Assembly (NCBI GenBank): GCA_964016885.1
Contig: OZ024745.1
Coordinates: forward strand, 67,394,001-67,458,000
Direction of reading: 5' to 3'
Source of the DNA: Eledone cirrhosa
Lineage: Eukaryota
DNA length: 64,000 bases
Position numbers and translations under genes: made by a program. Positions within the stretch are counted from its first letter, which is position 1, and each line of letters begins with the position of its first letter. Below the pieces are notes generated by a model, which saw only the letters and a list, made by a program, of their open reading frames with translations, had not been told where the DNA came from and did no database searches. Of the stretch, positions 12,633 to 26,602 are shown one piece after another.

Positions 12633-14856
12633 TTATTGCGTGACGTCTTTCACACAAAATCTATACTTTTAATGCGGAAAAAATAGCAAATTCTAACACA
12701 AAAGAATACATAGAATCAAGCATCATGTGCCTTGTTATATGCAGCACTGAACACTGCTTAACAGTAAGTGGTTACCAAAGTAATATAAAATTACTGAAAT
12801 ATAATCAATTTCAACCTTAAGAATTCTATCAGAATAGAATAATGCAACGAGCAGAAGAAAATGAGATAAGCGTACCAAACAAAAAGTCATACCCCATTAC
12901 ACTCAATTTTTCTAGCTCTTTGTCTGCTGCAAATTGAAGAAAGAAAAATGAAAAGAAAAAGAAATATATTCATGTTTGATTTAGTTACTAGTATTTAGTT
13001 CTATATTTATTTATTTTTAATCTCCATACTTGAAAACTGACATCGTATTTCGACTTTTCGTGTAGAACCTTTTACACTTGCTATTTAATCGAGAGCGAAT
13101 GAAAGATATATACCTAATATATTTATTAACTGCTAAAAATAAAAATATATTATCTTCTATTATTCTGAACAAAGATGATTTTTTAAACCACTTTTTTCAT
13201 CATTTATTTACTATTTTATTCGTTATACGGTTGTCATCTTTTTTAATCTTTGTTTTATTGTTAAAATATTATAATTTGGATTCTTTTTCCTTTCTCATAA
13301 AAGCATAAAAAATGAAAAGAAAGAACATGTATCAGCAATATAAGACTTTCCAATTAATCGACACAACGTTATTTCAATAAGAAATAGGAATAAGAAATAC
13401 TGATTAGTGTTGCATGGCTCATTCATCAATTATTTCTTTTTACCAATGACTATATTGCGAAATATGAACTTACTTTAAATTCAAACATCCTTTAAATTTA
13501 GGATTACAATTCAAAATTCGACTAATCGATGATATACTTATATTGCATAATTCATAACTGATCAGGATCAACACAATCGTTGGACTAAGATTGAACTCTA
13601 TTACAGCAATGTTAACTGTCTTAATACATGGTTCAGACTGCTGACATGTTGTAAAAAGAGATGTGAATAACATCAACATGTTCCACGATAGAGGCAAATA
13701 TTTTATGAGGTGTTGTATAGCAAAACTAGTTATAATAGAATAGTCTTTCAAATATAACGCCGACAGGTAAGATGACTAGGTCAGGCACTCCGAATAGATC
13801 AGAACAGAATACCAAAGGTATAAACAGGAAGGTGGACACTACTACGTGGAAAGCGAAAACCTGGTCGGCCAAAGAACTCTCAACGTAAAACAGTTGAAAA
13901 CTAGCTGAGATAAATTCGCCTCAGGAATAAGTTGGCGAAGAAGAAGAAGAAGAAGAAGAAGAAGAAGAAGAAGAAGAATATATGTATATGCGTGAATAAC
14001 TGTGTATAAGTGTGGGTGTGTACGTAAGATGTATGTATGTATACATGTAGATATGTATTTTTACGTATACATGTACATGAACATATGTGTATATATATAT
14101 CTGTGTAAGTATACATATGAAGCATTGTATATTGGGCGTGTTTCTATGTTTCTTGTATGCGTTTATATCTGCGTATTTAATGCATGAGGTCAAAACCCCA
14201 TATTACATAATCAGTTGTTTGATTCTAGGCACGTCAGTGATTAACTCACTGAAATAATGCATGATTATATGTAAAAATCTCTGGCTTTGCGTACGATACA
14301 TCAAAACCCTATGGCTAATATTATGAATATGAAAGCCAAATCTTAATATCTCCTATATCATCTCAATTTTCTTATAGCTCTTTTATGTCGTTGCTTCCTA
14401 TTGTGTATTTTTGTCCTTCTACTATACAAGGGTATTACTTTCATCAGAGTGAATATTACTAAGTCTATTTGTTTCTATTTATCACCACGAATCTTTGATG
14501 GTTTTCTTTTCTATCGTAACCTAAGTATCTCATCAAAAGCGATTACAACTTCATAACTTTAAAATCGTGTCTTGGATCACTAAATTTACAAGCTATATCT
14601 CTTTATTGACTTTCACCAGTCTTCACTCTCTTCCCCCATCTATCTATCTATCTTTCTCTCTAACGATGGTCAGTTCAATTGTAGTAGCAATGATGAATAC
14701 CTTTATTTTGATTTCGAGTTTATATACTGAGAATTATGTATTCTTCATATCTGTGTGTGTATGTATACATATATATAGATATATATAGATATATATATAT
14801 GAAATATATGAAATATATGAAATATAAGAATCAAAGAACTGTTCAAAACATTATTG

Positions 14857-14903
14857 TGCTTACAGCTGTTTCCTCCAAACCGAGGTTTGGATTCTTCGGA
14901 GCA
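14857..14903 (-). ncRNA. Hammerhead motif (core CCGAAGA) at the end of a PLE-like remnant (~14822-15270)
   Basis: Minus strand: UGCU-CCGAAGA-AUCCAAAC CUCG GUUUGGAG-GAAA-CAGCUG-UA-AGCA; terminal TTCTTTGATTCTT resembles the end at 5435-5450. Confidence 0.65.
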
Positions 14904-15301
14904 ATTTATTAATGCATGGACAGTTATATGACCTCCTTTTCAGCCGAGAGACATACCAAATACATATTCAAACATTGATACATATTCAAACATTGTGGGT
15001 CAACATTCATTACAGAATTTAGAGTGGCAGTACACACTTCGAGATTACATTTATATTAATAGGTACAATCAAAAATCAAAGATATAGGTTAAAGTACAAC
15101 ATGAAGATAAGTGGTTATATAGTGCAAATGTTATATGTGTGGCACGCATGTGCGTCTTGTTTATATAGTGTGGCAGAGAGATATGTGTGGTAGAGGCACT
15201 TAGGTAGGTAAATAAGAGTGTTAGGTTGGTAGGTCTGGTGGCAAAGTCTTTATATGATTGATATAGTCTAATACGATATATATATATATATATATGTATA
15301 A

Positions 15302-15344
<43 letters not shown>

Positions 15345-15376
15345 TGTGTGTGCATATATATACATATATATATATA

Positions 15377-16990
15377 TCATCATATCATCATCGTCATCAT
15401 CATCATCATCATCATCGTCGTCATCATCGTCATCATCATCGTCGCCGCCGTTATTTAACGTCCATTTTTTTCTGTTAGCAAGAGTTCGATGGGTCGTCAC
15501 AGACCACATCAGTATTTAATCAGAGCCCATGCCCTTTCAGATCTGCCAAGGGCCGCATAATTCCTGTGTTTTATCATGACACCAGCTCCAGGGAGATTGT
15601 CATTTCTTTGATACAATTAAAGAGTCCTCTAAACCCTATGTTTGGCAAGTTTTTACGGCTGGATATCCTTCATATCACCAATTACTTTACAGAGAGTACA
15701 AGGTACGTTTTACTGTGTAACCAATAGAGATGTTGCCGTGCCTTGACTCAACTGAAGAGTCCTCTAAACGTTTTTGTTTATTTGTTTTTTGCATGATTTC
15801 TACAGCACGGTGCCATCCTGTTACCAACACCTTTACAGGGTGCAGTGTATGCTTTTTCGTGGCACCAGTAAATGCTATGACTGGAGGATCCTCTCAGCTC
15901 TTTTTGGCATTGTTTCTACGACTGGTTGTTCCTACCGCAAACCAACTACTTTGCGGAGGTTCCTGAGCGCATTTTATCTTGACACCAGCACTAGGGAGGT
16001 TATCAATCATAGACTCGAAAGAAAGGCCCTTCTGTCCCTCTAGGGAGAATAGAGTGTGGGAAGATAAGAAAGATGATACGTATGATGTAATGAGTAAGTG
16101 AAAATAGAAGTGGGTGACAAATATAATGTTAGGATGTATGATAGTTGTGGTAAGGTTCAAAGCATTATTGTAGGAGAGAGAATGGAGAGAAAATGAATGA
16201 GAAATTATGTCATGAATGTATGATAAATGTGGTGGGATTTGACAGGGTGGTGTTGGTGAGTGTTTGGTCGTCTTGGAGGAAGCACAGAACAGTTGTGATT
16301 GGTGTGTTAGGATTTAGGAGGCGGATCCTGGATTGGTTACTAAGAGGCAAACGGGGGATAAATAACAATTGTAGAACGGAGCGTGAATGTTGGTCGACGA
16401 GGGTTCTTCAGTACCATATGTCACCAATCCACGCGGCCCTTTGCCATCTGTCATGAGATTCAGCTTTGTAAGTTCTGTCTTCCCAACCACATTGCACGTC
16501 TTCCTAAGCCTCCCTTTTCCACAAGTACCATCTTCCAAGATTTTTCTCTACTTCTGGTTGTCGTCTTCTGTACTCCTCACATATCCATACCATCACATTC
16601 TTCTCTTTTGAACACTACATTGGATTCCTCTCATACGGTTTTTCTCTTAACGCCATCCGTGCACACTAAGACACTAACATTACACATCCACTGGGGTATA
16701 CTTGCTTCATTTCTTTCTAGGCTTCGCAGGGCTTCTGCAGGTACGGTCCATGTCTCACTGCCACGTAGCAGTGCAGATCGCTCACAGGCTTTATACAGTC
16801 GATCCTTCACTCACTTAGGTAACAAAAACTTCTAAGGAGCCTCCTTGACAACTGGGCTATTTTAAGTGTCCTCTTAGTGCTTTCTTCGCCTGTGCATGCA
16901 TCATACAAATGTTATCTTCTCTCTCGACCTACCTGTAATCCCACTGTATGCATGTTATAAAGTGTCGGCCCATTCCTTCTTGACATATCG
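15377..16990 (-). mobile_element. RTE-clade LINE 3' portion, degenerate, with (GAT)n tail
   Basis: (CAT)n at 15377-15440 followed by TTTAACGTCC terminal motif; ORF remnant GKGRLRKT at 16314-16538; similar to 61364-62292. Confidence 0.6.
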
Positions 16991-17350
16991 TACAAGTCCT
17001 CTTCTCTGATAGTATAAGTTTCCTATCATTCCTAATCAATTTTGTTTATTTTTCACCTATTTTGCTTATCTAACAGTTTTACCATGAATAATTCATTTCT
17101 GTTCCATATTTCTGGGGGTTTTTCCACTCGCGCACAAACCAAAGCAATATCTATCGAGCATCCATTAAATGACGACATACGTGTTTAATGAACGGTTGTT
17201 TGTCTTCGATGGGAACGCCCACTGTATATTTGCGAGAATGCCTGTAATGGTTTACATTATCCCTCATTGGATATGCCTTAATGGAGCAAACCAAGGTGGT
17301 ATAGGCGTTCTAGTCCTACATATTACATCTGTTTTTTTATATATCCAGAA

Positions 17351-17645
17351 CAGCGGCTCCCAAACTTTTTTGTCCCATGCTCCACCTCAACATCTCAAAC
17401 ATTTTTAAGCTCCATCTTGATATAAAAACAGCGATGACCAACTACAAAGTGTAAACAAATTGGTGTATGGATGATGCTAGATACACAATAATATGTGGAG
17501 GGGTGAGACAGGAGTTTCCGACAGTAATTTGTTCCAAAGTTGCCTTGGTGTAAAAGTAATAAGGTAAAACCTGCAGTTTGCTCTCATTAACATAATTTTC
17601 AAATTGCCTCCCTGTGGGTCGTGCGCATCACGTTGGGAATCCCTT
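17351..17645. mobile_element. Possible hAT/Charlie-like MITE
   Basis: Starts CAGCGGCTCCCAAAC, ends GTTGGGAATCCCTT (degenerate TIR); imperfect 8-bp flanks ATCCAGAA/ATCTATAG. Confidence 0.4.
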
Positions 17646-18422
17646 ATCTATAGTAACATTGTTTTATGCGTTTCTTCCTTTTAATAAGGATATTGTTTTA
17701 TATAATTTGGTTTCTATTTGCAGCAAATCAAGCGAACACATAGAAGCTTCTAATCGTTGTCTCAATTTAAAATTAGTTAACAACCCTAAGGATTATTCAT
17801 ATCAAGTACTTTGAGGTTGTCAGCTACGTTAGCGATATTATGTGCGTTACTCTCCTTTCGTATTAATTCATACACGTATCAACGTGGATGATTCAAAAAC
17901 AACTTAAAATTCCCCTAAACTTAACCAAGCATGTACTATAGAATGCCTGTCAATTAAAAGAACATTTCTACCTGTTTTTCTATGTATTTTCATGTGTAAC
18001 ATAATTCTTTTTATTCCTTGGTGTTTTGAAAACCAAATATAGAATCCGTAGCTCGGCAGCAAATGTTATTAAATTTTCTCAGGCATTGATGATAGAGTAT
18101 TACAGATGTAGAACAAAGCAGAAAGTTACCTGTTGATGACACTACGCACATGAATTAATTAGTTGCTAATAATTACAGCTGCTTCAAATTAACTTTGCGC
18201 AAAGTCACGTTTTTAAAGATAGCTTTAAACCCTATATATAACTAACATGCAAACTCAATTGGTTACTAATTTTCTAGCAAAAATATAATGATTATTAACA
18301 ATGGCTCCTCATATAAGCTGAAGGCGGGAACGTTTAGAGAAGTTATATCATCGATTCGGGGCACTTAATATATGAATGGAACTTATTCAACCTTAAAGTG
18401 CTGAAATACCAAGTCGACCTCG

Positions 18423-18478
<56 letters not shown>

Positions 18479-18479
<1 letters not shown>

Positions 18480-18940
18480 TTTTCTTTATTAACCACAAGG
18501 GTTTACATAAAGTAGACATTAAGGACAGTACAGGACGGTACAAATGGGCATTTCTGCGTGAAAAAGAAACAAAAACAGAGGATGTAACAAAAAAATAACA
18601 ATGAAAAATTCACCAATAGGGGGGGGGGGGACTTCCGAGGGACATTTGTGGAGAAAGCCCATTAAAAGGACACAGTAACCCTGACCACCAGGGCAAGTGC
18701 CCTCTCCCAGTTTTCCACCTTTAATTTATAGACACATACTCAGAGTAGGCCCATTCACTCGGGCCATACTTGCTTCTCTCACACATCTTTCAACAAAATG
18801 CTGGGAAAAGAGCACTTCCCTCTCTACCCTGATTTTCCTTTTCAAATGAAATTTGAAAAAGTTAATCAGGGCATCACCGAAGAGGTAAGTGCTCGTCTTC
18901 AGCCCTTTCAAACGTGTCCACCATACTATCTCTTTCGCCA
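18479..18940 (-). mobile_element. Tx1/L1-clade LINE 3' fragment (second subfamily)
   Basis: Encodes MAKEIVWWTRLKGLKT...FFKFHLKRKIRVER, matching the ORF2 C-terminus at 19212; abuts (AAT)n at 18424-18478. Confidence 0.85.
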
Positions 18941-19211
18941 TAATAATGCTTTCTTTATTGGCCACAAGGGCTGACACGAAGAAAAACATTAGAGACGGCA
19001 CAGAACAGTACAGGACGATACAAAGTGGGTTTTGGTCGTGTAAACAGGTTATAACAAAATCGGGCTAGAAATCCAAAAAAATTCAAACAACAAAAATTCC
19101 CCAAGAAGGGGGAAACCTCCGAGGGTCACTCGTGGTGAAAACCACACAAAAGACCACGGCCACCCTGACCACCAGGGCAAGCACCCTCTCTCACTTTTCC
19201 CACTCCTCAGT

Positions 19212-22200
19212 CTACAGGCGTATACTCAGAGCGGGCCCGTTCACTCGGACCAGACTCGCCACTTTCACCCACCTTTCAACAAACTTGCTAGAATACAGCA
19301 CTTGCCTCTCCACCCTGATTTTCCTCTTCAAGTGAAACTTGAAAAAGTTAATCAGGGATTGGCCGGAGAGGAAAGTGTCCGTCTTCAACCCTTTCAATCT
19401 TGTCCACCACACAATCTCTTTCGCCATGGCCACCAGGCAGATGAAAGCTGCCTGCCCTTCCTCCTCTTTAAAGGAGGATGGCGGGGCGATCTGCACAATG
19501 GACTCAGTCGATAACCGGATCGGTCCTACACGCGACAGCAGATGTTCGACATAGCTCCACAAGTCAGCAATCCTCGGGCACTGAACGAGTGCGTGCAGGA
19601 TGGTTTCGTCGCCCTGCGCGCATCTCGGACAGGCTCGGCTGACAGCACCTCCGTGCCTGTAGAGCTTATCCCGAACCGGCAACGCTCCCCGGTAGCACTG
19701 CCAGGCCAGGTATTTCTGGGAGTTGTCCAGAGGCCCCGGTCTGAAAGTTCTCTTGAAGAGAACGAACAGCTGATCGTCTTCGACGCCCAGGGTCTCCCCG
19801 AGAACGTCGTCGCTCTTTCCCTCCACTAGCCCTCTATAGAACGCCGAGGTGGATGTTCCACCGATACTAGTGCCCAGCCGATAGAGGGCGATGAGCGCTT
19901 GGACACATTTCAGCTTCCAAACGCTACCCTCGGTCTTTTCCTGATCCAAGACTGCAGCTCCGTCAAGGAGACGAGCTGGGGAAAAGCGCGTCTGGCAAAC
20001 GGCGACCATACCTGTTCACCGTCAAGGAAGCACCAAAGATATCTCAGCCTCAGCGCACGTTTGCGCATCATCAGCCATGGCATGCCTAGTCTTCCACGCA
20101 ACGGGTGTTGACAGTAAATGGATCGTCTGACCATGGGAGCACGTCCCTTCCACAAAAAGCGGAACAGAAGGCGCTCCATTTTGGTCAGAGTTGGGCGGGG
20201 TCAAGGTACGACGGTCAGGCGGTAGCAGATGACGGATGCTATGTACGCATTCGCCACCTCCGCCCAACCTTTCAGAGACAGCTTCCTCTCGGTCCATTTC
20301 TGGGTGAGAGAGGCCACCCTGCTCGCCACCTCGCTCCAGTTTTTCTCCATCTGGAAGTCCGGACCGAACCAGACTCCGAGCAATTTAACCGGTCCTTCCG
20401 TCCAGCGCCCAACGACGCTGTCGGACGCCATGGACTTGCCTCTCCAGGTGCCGATTTGCAAGCCAACCGACTTTTCCTGGTTTATCTTTGCTCCTGTCAC
20501 CGCTTCGTATTCCTTGAGAGTGGTGCCGAGCATCTGGACGTGTTTGGTGCTCGACACCACCACGGTGACGTCGTCGACGTAAGCATCTTAATTCGCGTGG
20601 GATCCCCCCCCCCCCTTATCGTCTCCAATTTATGTAGCAACGGCTCTAGGGCCAGTACGTACAAGAGCGACGAGAGGGTGCAACCCTGGCGAACCGAGCG
20701 CATGATGCTGAAAGGCTGCGACAGGTGACCATTCACCCTCACAATCGAGCAGATGTCGATGTGCATCGCAGCGATCCAGCTCCTAAAAACGGGCCCGAAG
20801 CCGGCCGCCTCGAGGACCGTAGCCAGGTACCAATGGTCGATCCTATCAAATGCTTTAGATTGATCCAAGTTGATCAGGACCCCACCCGTGCCAGGTTCCT
20901 TAACCACCCTCTCTATGATGTATCGCATGAGATGGATGTTGTCGTGGATGGATCTGTCCGGTATGACGCATGTCTGCGCCTCTCCCATCAGATCACCGAC
21001 GACAAGCACCAATCTCTTTACTAACACCTTGGCCAAAATCTTAAACTCTGCGTTTAGCAGAGTTATGGGCCTGAAGTTGTCTATAACGTCCCCCTTGTTC
21101 GGGTCTTTTCTCAGCAACGCCACCGCCCCCCGGCTCACAAAACTGGGAATGCTCCCGTTCTGCTGCCTGTTGCAGTAGACATCTGCCAAGAGGTCGCCGA
21201 ACAAGTCTGGCATATACGCATAAAGCTCGTAGGGCAGACCTGGCGATTTACCCCTCGTGCAGTCAGACATCTCGCCCCGTATTTCACCTGCTGTTATTGG
21301 CTTTTCGCAGCACTACGCTGCGGTCGTCGAGAGCCGCGGCAGTCCGTCGAGGTATGCACCGAAGTCCATACTCCGATCCGGCCCGCCGCCGATCCCGAAC
21401 AATTGAGCAAAGTGCTGTTGAAAAGCCGCACACATCTGTTCGGGTTCGAGCAACATGCGCCCGTTTTTATCAGGCAAAGACCGAATTGTGAACTTGTTGC
21501 CACGTCGCGCCTCCACCACCCGGGCCCATTGAACGGCTTTCGTCCCCTCGTGTCTTAGAGCACGCGTTCTAGCTCTGACAACGCAGCCTTCATGCTTTGC
21601 GTTGAAGAATTGGTCGAGTGTCAACCTCGCCGCAAGCACGTCGGTTGCGATGCCTGTCCTAAACGCCTCTTCTAGCTTTCTAACTAACTCTCCCTCTACT
21701 CTATTTTCCTCTATCACTACTCCTTTGCGAAACCTTATCGATTCTACTCTAATAACCCTTTTCAGGGTAAACCACCACCTGTTGTTGACGATCGTACCCG
21801 TCAACGCATGCTTAACTAATTCGCTAATCCAGTCTCTGTAAGCTTTGCGCGCGGGAACGACGCGTTCAGCTTCCAGTAGCCGGACCCTTGCCTAAGGAGT
21901 CTATCTAAGTCAACTTCACAGATCACAAATTTGTGGTCCCTGTAGTCGACTACTTTAAATTGTGGACAACCTACACTAGCCTTATCTGTTCCCTACAGAA
22001 TACCCTATCTAAATACGATCTGGATGACCCGATGCGGTTTGCCCATATCCACATTGGCACATTCGGATAATCCAGTTTATACCTGTCAGACAGTTCAAAA
22101 CGTCTGAGTAGGTTGTTGAAGCTTTTACACCCTCCTGCCCTGTCTACTAGCCCCACATAATCCCAGCGTGCATCTAAGATACCGTTCCAGTCGCCCACTA

Positions 22201-22599
22201 ACACAAAAGAGCGGGACGTTCCAAGAAAGGTCTCTAAACGTCTGAAGAAATCTGGCCGTCCTGCCCCTGTTGGGACGTAGACGGCTACTAGCCTGAAAGC
22301 ATTACCTTCGCTGCCGGTCACGTCCAGCACGACCGACTTACCTTCTGGCCCGTATGGCGAGATCCAAGCCTCTCCGAAAAAGCACGGCAACCCCTCCCCC
22401 ACGATCCTGGACGGCTGGGAGATGCGTATACATCGTAGCCGCCGAAGATCGGTGCGAAGGCTCGTGCTTCGGAGATTCTGGTCTCGCTGATGGCCACCAC
22501 ATCTATGTTTAGTGACCTGAGGTCGTTGAGCAGGTGACCCTGCTTCCAAGATGACCCCAGGCCACGTACATTTATACTGCCTATTCTAAGTACGGCCAT
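19212..22599 (-). pseudogene. LINE ORF2 (AP endonuclease, reverse transcriptase, CCHC zinc knuckle), frameshifted
   Basis: Motifs GSINVRGL, ISET, VGDWN, SYLDR, NFRPITLLN, LDQSKAFDRI, SVRQGCTLS, AYVDDV and CPRC..ETILHALVQC, spread over several frames. Confidence 0.92.
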
Positions 22600-22629
22600 G
22601 TTGGATGAGAAACGGGTAAGTGAGAAAGG

Positions 22630-24589
22630 ATCACTTACCTTGATCGTGTGGTGAAGGGACAGTAGAACCGTTCCTTTGTCTGGTCATTGGAGTTTCCCAG
22701 AGGATGTCGGTGTATATCCTCTTGGTAACCGACCCTCTGAAGCCTCCAACTGCATTGGGGAATTTTTGTTTTAAAAGTTTGTAATGTTCTATTTTGATTT
22801 CAATGATATTTATGTTTGTCGGGAGAGTTCTTGGTGTTGGTGGGGTGTAGTAATTTTTTCTGTGATGTCTGTGGGCTGCTTTATATGTTGTAAGAGTTCT
22901 TTATTTGCCATGTTTATGGCTGTGTACTTTTTGGGGGGAGGGGCGATTTTGTTGCTGTTTTCTTGTTGTTGCTTTTGGTTGTGTGTTTTGTTTTGTTTGC
23001 GATGTTGGTGTTTTTGGTGATGCTGGTGGCGGTGTGATTGTTGTTGGTGGTAAAGCTTGTGGTGGTGATGGTGGTGGTGTTGCTGCAAGTCTCCTTACAG
23101 CCTTTATCCTTCTTTGTCTGCCTTCACTTTCGAAGAGTGAAGCTAAGGGGTTTTTCCTTTTTTGTTTTTTTGTGGCAGACCGTTTGCCACTTCTCTCCCG
23201 CCCCATACTCCATGTCAGATTCTGTGGCGTCTGGGAGGGGTATGAGTTCCACTGCTGTTGGTGGTGGTAGTGGAGCCCGCTTCGGCAATTTTGCCGCCGG
23301 TGTAGCTACTGCGACTGTTGGTGTTGCCGCCACTGCTGCCGCTGCTTTAGTTGGCTGTGGCCTTGGTATGGGTGCCACGGACGTTGCCCTCCTACTCATC
23401 ATGGAAGAGTCTTCTGCCTCTGTTGCCTGTCCTGCTCTTGGTAGCAGTGGATCAGGCGTCGGAAGGAGGGGGGCCTCTTCTTGGCTGTCTTCTGCGGGCA
23501 GAAGGCCATGAGGTGACCCTTCTGTCCACAGAGATAGCACTTTGGGCGCCTTCCTTCCACGCTTATAGGGAGTTGGAGCCCTTATTCGAAGTCTATAATG
23601 TCTGGGATGGCCTCGATGCACTCCTGGTCAGTTTGTATTAGCATTTACATGCCTATTCCTGACCAGTTCTCTCTTCCCATTCTCTGTATTTGCAGTATGG
23701 TGGTCTTCTCCTCGATTCCAGCCAGTACAGACGCGGCCAGCCAAGGTATGGGCACGTCGGGCGGGACCTGGGTCACTTTGACCCTCACAATTTTCTGCCC
23801 GCAGTAGGAGGGCACAAAGACTATCTCCTTACTCTTTAGGGTTTCCAAAGAGTGGGACTTCGCCTCTAGAGGGTGGCGAAAAGTACGTCTACTGTGGCGT
23901 ACTTTTTGCCTCGGGTGGTGTGGGTTTTGCGCGCCCAGACGCACATGAAGGTTTTAGGATTTGAGCCTCCGTGGCTCTCTCCACCCGATGTGACATCTTG
24001 CTAACGGTACGGTAAGTCACCGTGCGCAACTGCTGGTCTTTGAAGAAATCGGGTGGAGGTTTCGGGGAAACTTTATTTTCATTCCTTGTCACCATGGCTC
24101 TTGCGACTGCCATCTCCTTCTCCGTGACTAGCACTGTCTCTATATTTCGGGCCACACCTGCGAAAGAAGTGGCCCCTTTTTCAGCGGCACCATTATTGCT
24201 GCCGCTACTGCTGCTACTGGTCTTGTTGTTGGTGCTGTTACTGTTATCACTGTTGTAGTTGGTTGTGTTTTTGGTGCCACCGTTGTTGTTGTTTTCCGTG
24301 CAATTTGTATTGCTGCTGTTGGTGTTGTTGTTGTTTATTTTCTAGTTAGTGGTGTTAATATCGTTGTTGCATTTGTTGTCATTTTTTTTTGTTGTCTGTA
24401 TTTTGGTTGACGCTGTTATTGTTGTAGTTGGTGTGGTAATATTTTTAATATTAGTGTTCTCAGTGTTGTTGTCTTTGTTCACGTTGTTTGTGGTAGTGTT
24501 TGTTGTATGAATTTCACTAACTCTCCTCTCAACTTTTACGCCGTTGTCACACGACAGCAGACATATTGCTGGGGGCGTGGTTCAGCCAT
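22630..24589 (-). pseudogene. LINE ORF1 (gag-like), low-complexity N/T/Q-rich, disrupted
   Basis: Upstream of ORF2 on the same strand; pieces MAEPRPQQ..., RTVTYRTVSK..., VRVKVTQVPPDVPIPWL..., WQTVCHKK. Confidence 0.65.
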
Positions 24590-24814
24590 GTATTTTTTTT
24601 TTTTTTTAATTTTCAAAAGTAAAATGTTCAAATATTGTTCAAATATTTGGGCCAAAAGCCCAAATATTATACTTTCCCCTTCACAGGGCAAAGTCCAAGG
24701 GCTTATATCCCTTACACAACAAGAAAAATTTAACAACAAATAATTATAACAGGTAAATAAAGCGACTTACTGGTAGCGAGCAAAAAAGACGTCCGAACAG
24801 ACTAATAATAATAA

Positions 24815-25600
24815 GGAAACAAAAAGAAAAATACACACATCTACAAGCACACAAAACACACAGCAAACACAGACAGATCTACAACAAAACCAACACCACA
24901 ACCGTCAACAAAAACACAACCACCAACAACACAACTGCAATTCATGCCCCACAAATAGAAACACATTCAGAAAGATCCAACTTCGAGTTACTAAGAGGGG
25001 CAAACAAAAACTTATGGCCCTTGTAACATGAAGTCAAGATATTGAGAAAGATGGGGAGAATTTTGGCACCTGCAGCTTCGAAGTGCCCAATACACTGCTG
25101 GGGGTGCAGATTCCAGTAAACACATACAAAAATATTGTAGAAGGCTTCCCCTACGACGTGGGCACCCCTAGTGTGAAAGACGCGAGTCGGCTTTTAACGA
25201 GGGTTCCCAAAGGAAACCCTACCAATCATAGAGATCGAACCACCCGACTTCCACAAGCCCCAGGGAGGTAAGTAGACTTTTCCTCTCTCTCTTTTAGTCT
25301 GCCAACACGGCCATATTAAGTGTAGGATGTTTAAATGTTCGTGACCTGTAGCCGCCCTGGAAGCAGTGTCGCTTACTGAATGACCTCAGATATTGATGTG
25401 ACTGTGATCAGCGCGAGACCAGGATTTCCGACTCACGCGCACTAGCCCCTATTTTTGACAACTATCAGATCTTTGCATATCTTGGTCAGCCGGGAATGGC
25501 ATGGATCTCGAGGTAAAGTCGATCTTCCTGGACCCGGATGGTAAGTTGGTGGTCCTGGACGTGAACAACAGCGAAGATGGTGCCTTTAGACTGATGTCCG
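24815..25600 (+). mobile_element. Inverted fragment of a related Tx1-like LINE (ORF1 end / ORF2 start)
   Basis: 25308 onward reads AILSVGCLNVRDL*PPWKQCRLLNDLR, matching MAVLRIGSINVRGLGSSWKQGHLLNDLR at 22599. Confidence 0.75.
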
Positions 25601-26602
25601 TCTACTTTATTTTATCGACCTCGTAAGGATGAAAGGTAAAGCGATCTTCGGGGCTACTACTACTACTACTACTAATGATGATGATGATGGTGATAGTGAT
25701 ACTGTTGTTGTGGTTACTACTACTATTGATGCTGCAAGAAGAAGAAGAATGACTAAAATAAGTCGGTTCTAAAAGCCTGATTTTTATCTTTTCAGCCAAG
25801 CTTAATATTTCTATATAAATTAATTAGTAGCAGTTTACTCGAAGTGGAACAAGAATGGAGGAAAACCCTTATTAAGTATAATTGGACAGTGATAAGCCCT
25901 TGAGACACGAAATTATATTAATTAGTCGACGTAATGAATAGTAATTATGGATCAAACCAAATTGCTAATAGGTTGGATGAAGTATAAGAAAAAGGTAAAT
26001 TCAAAATAAGTAGCTAGGATAAAAATATATAGATAAATACATAACTGAATTAAAATATATAAAAGTATTAAAGATGATCATTTACGTCATTGAATGTTCA
26101 AGTTCAAAAGGGAATTATAAAAATTACTTCAAACTCAATCATGGTAAATTTGTTAATTAAAACAAATGGACATTGAGAATTGTTAAATCCATTAACTAGA
26201 TAAAGTGATAATTTAATTTGTAGACGAGACCAATGATAGTTTTTCCTTGAGAATAATATATACTAAATGACTGTAGAATATCATAATGAATTGTTCTTAT
26301 CTATTGGGATAAGGATAAAATAAAACTTATAGGAGATTTAGTGAAATAAAGTAGATATAAGTGAATATAATTAAATATAATTCCCGATAGGTGAAAGAAT
26401 TTATTATTCCGATCATCAAGTAAACACCAAGAAAGAAATGAAAGGCAGGATTATAAAAGTTGTAAATATAGTATAATAAATATAAATTCTTTTTAAGAAA
26501 ATATATTAGCTGATGTCACATGGTGAGATAAGGGATATCAGTAATATAGAATAATGTCAGAATACAAGTATATATATCTATGTATATATAGAAAGAGAGA
26601 GA

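Larger units (their letters stand above)
18948..24802 (-). mobile_element. Near full-length Tx1/L1-clade non-LTR retrotransposon (~5.9 kb, disabled)
   Basis: ORF1 plus APE-RT-CCHC ORF2; AATAAA near the 3' end; TAATAAT on both flanks. Confidence 0.9.

Noticed and set aside
13470-13751. 93-aa minus-strand ORF
   Set aside because: No recognisable motif or splice context; the length is compatible with chance.
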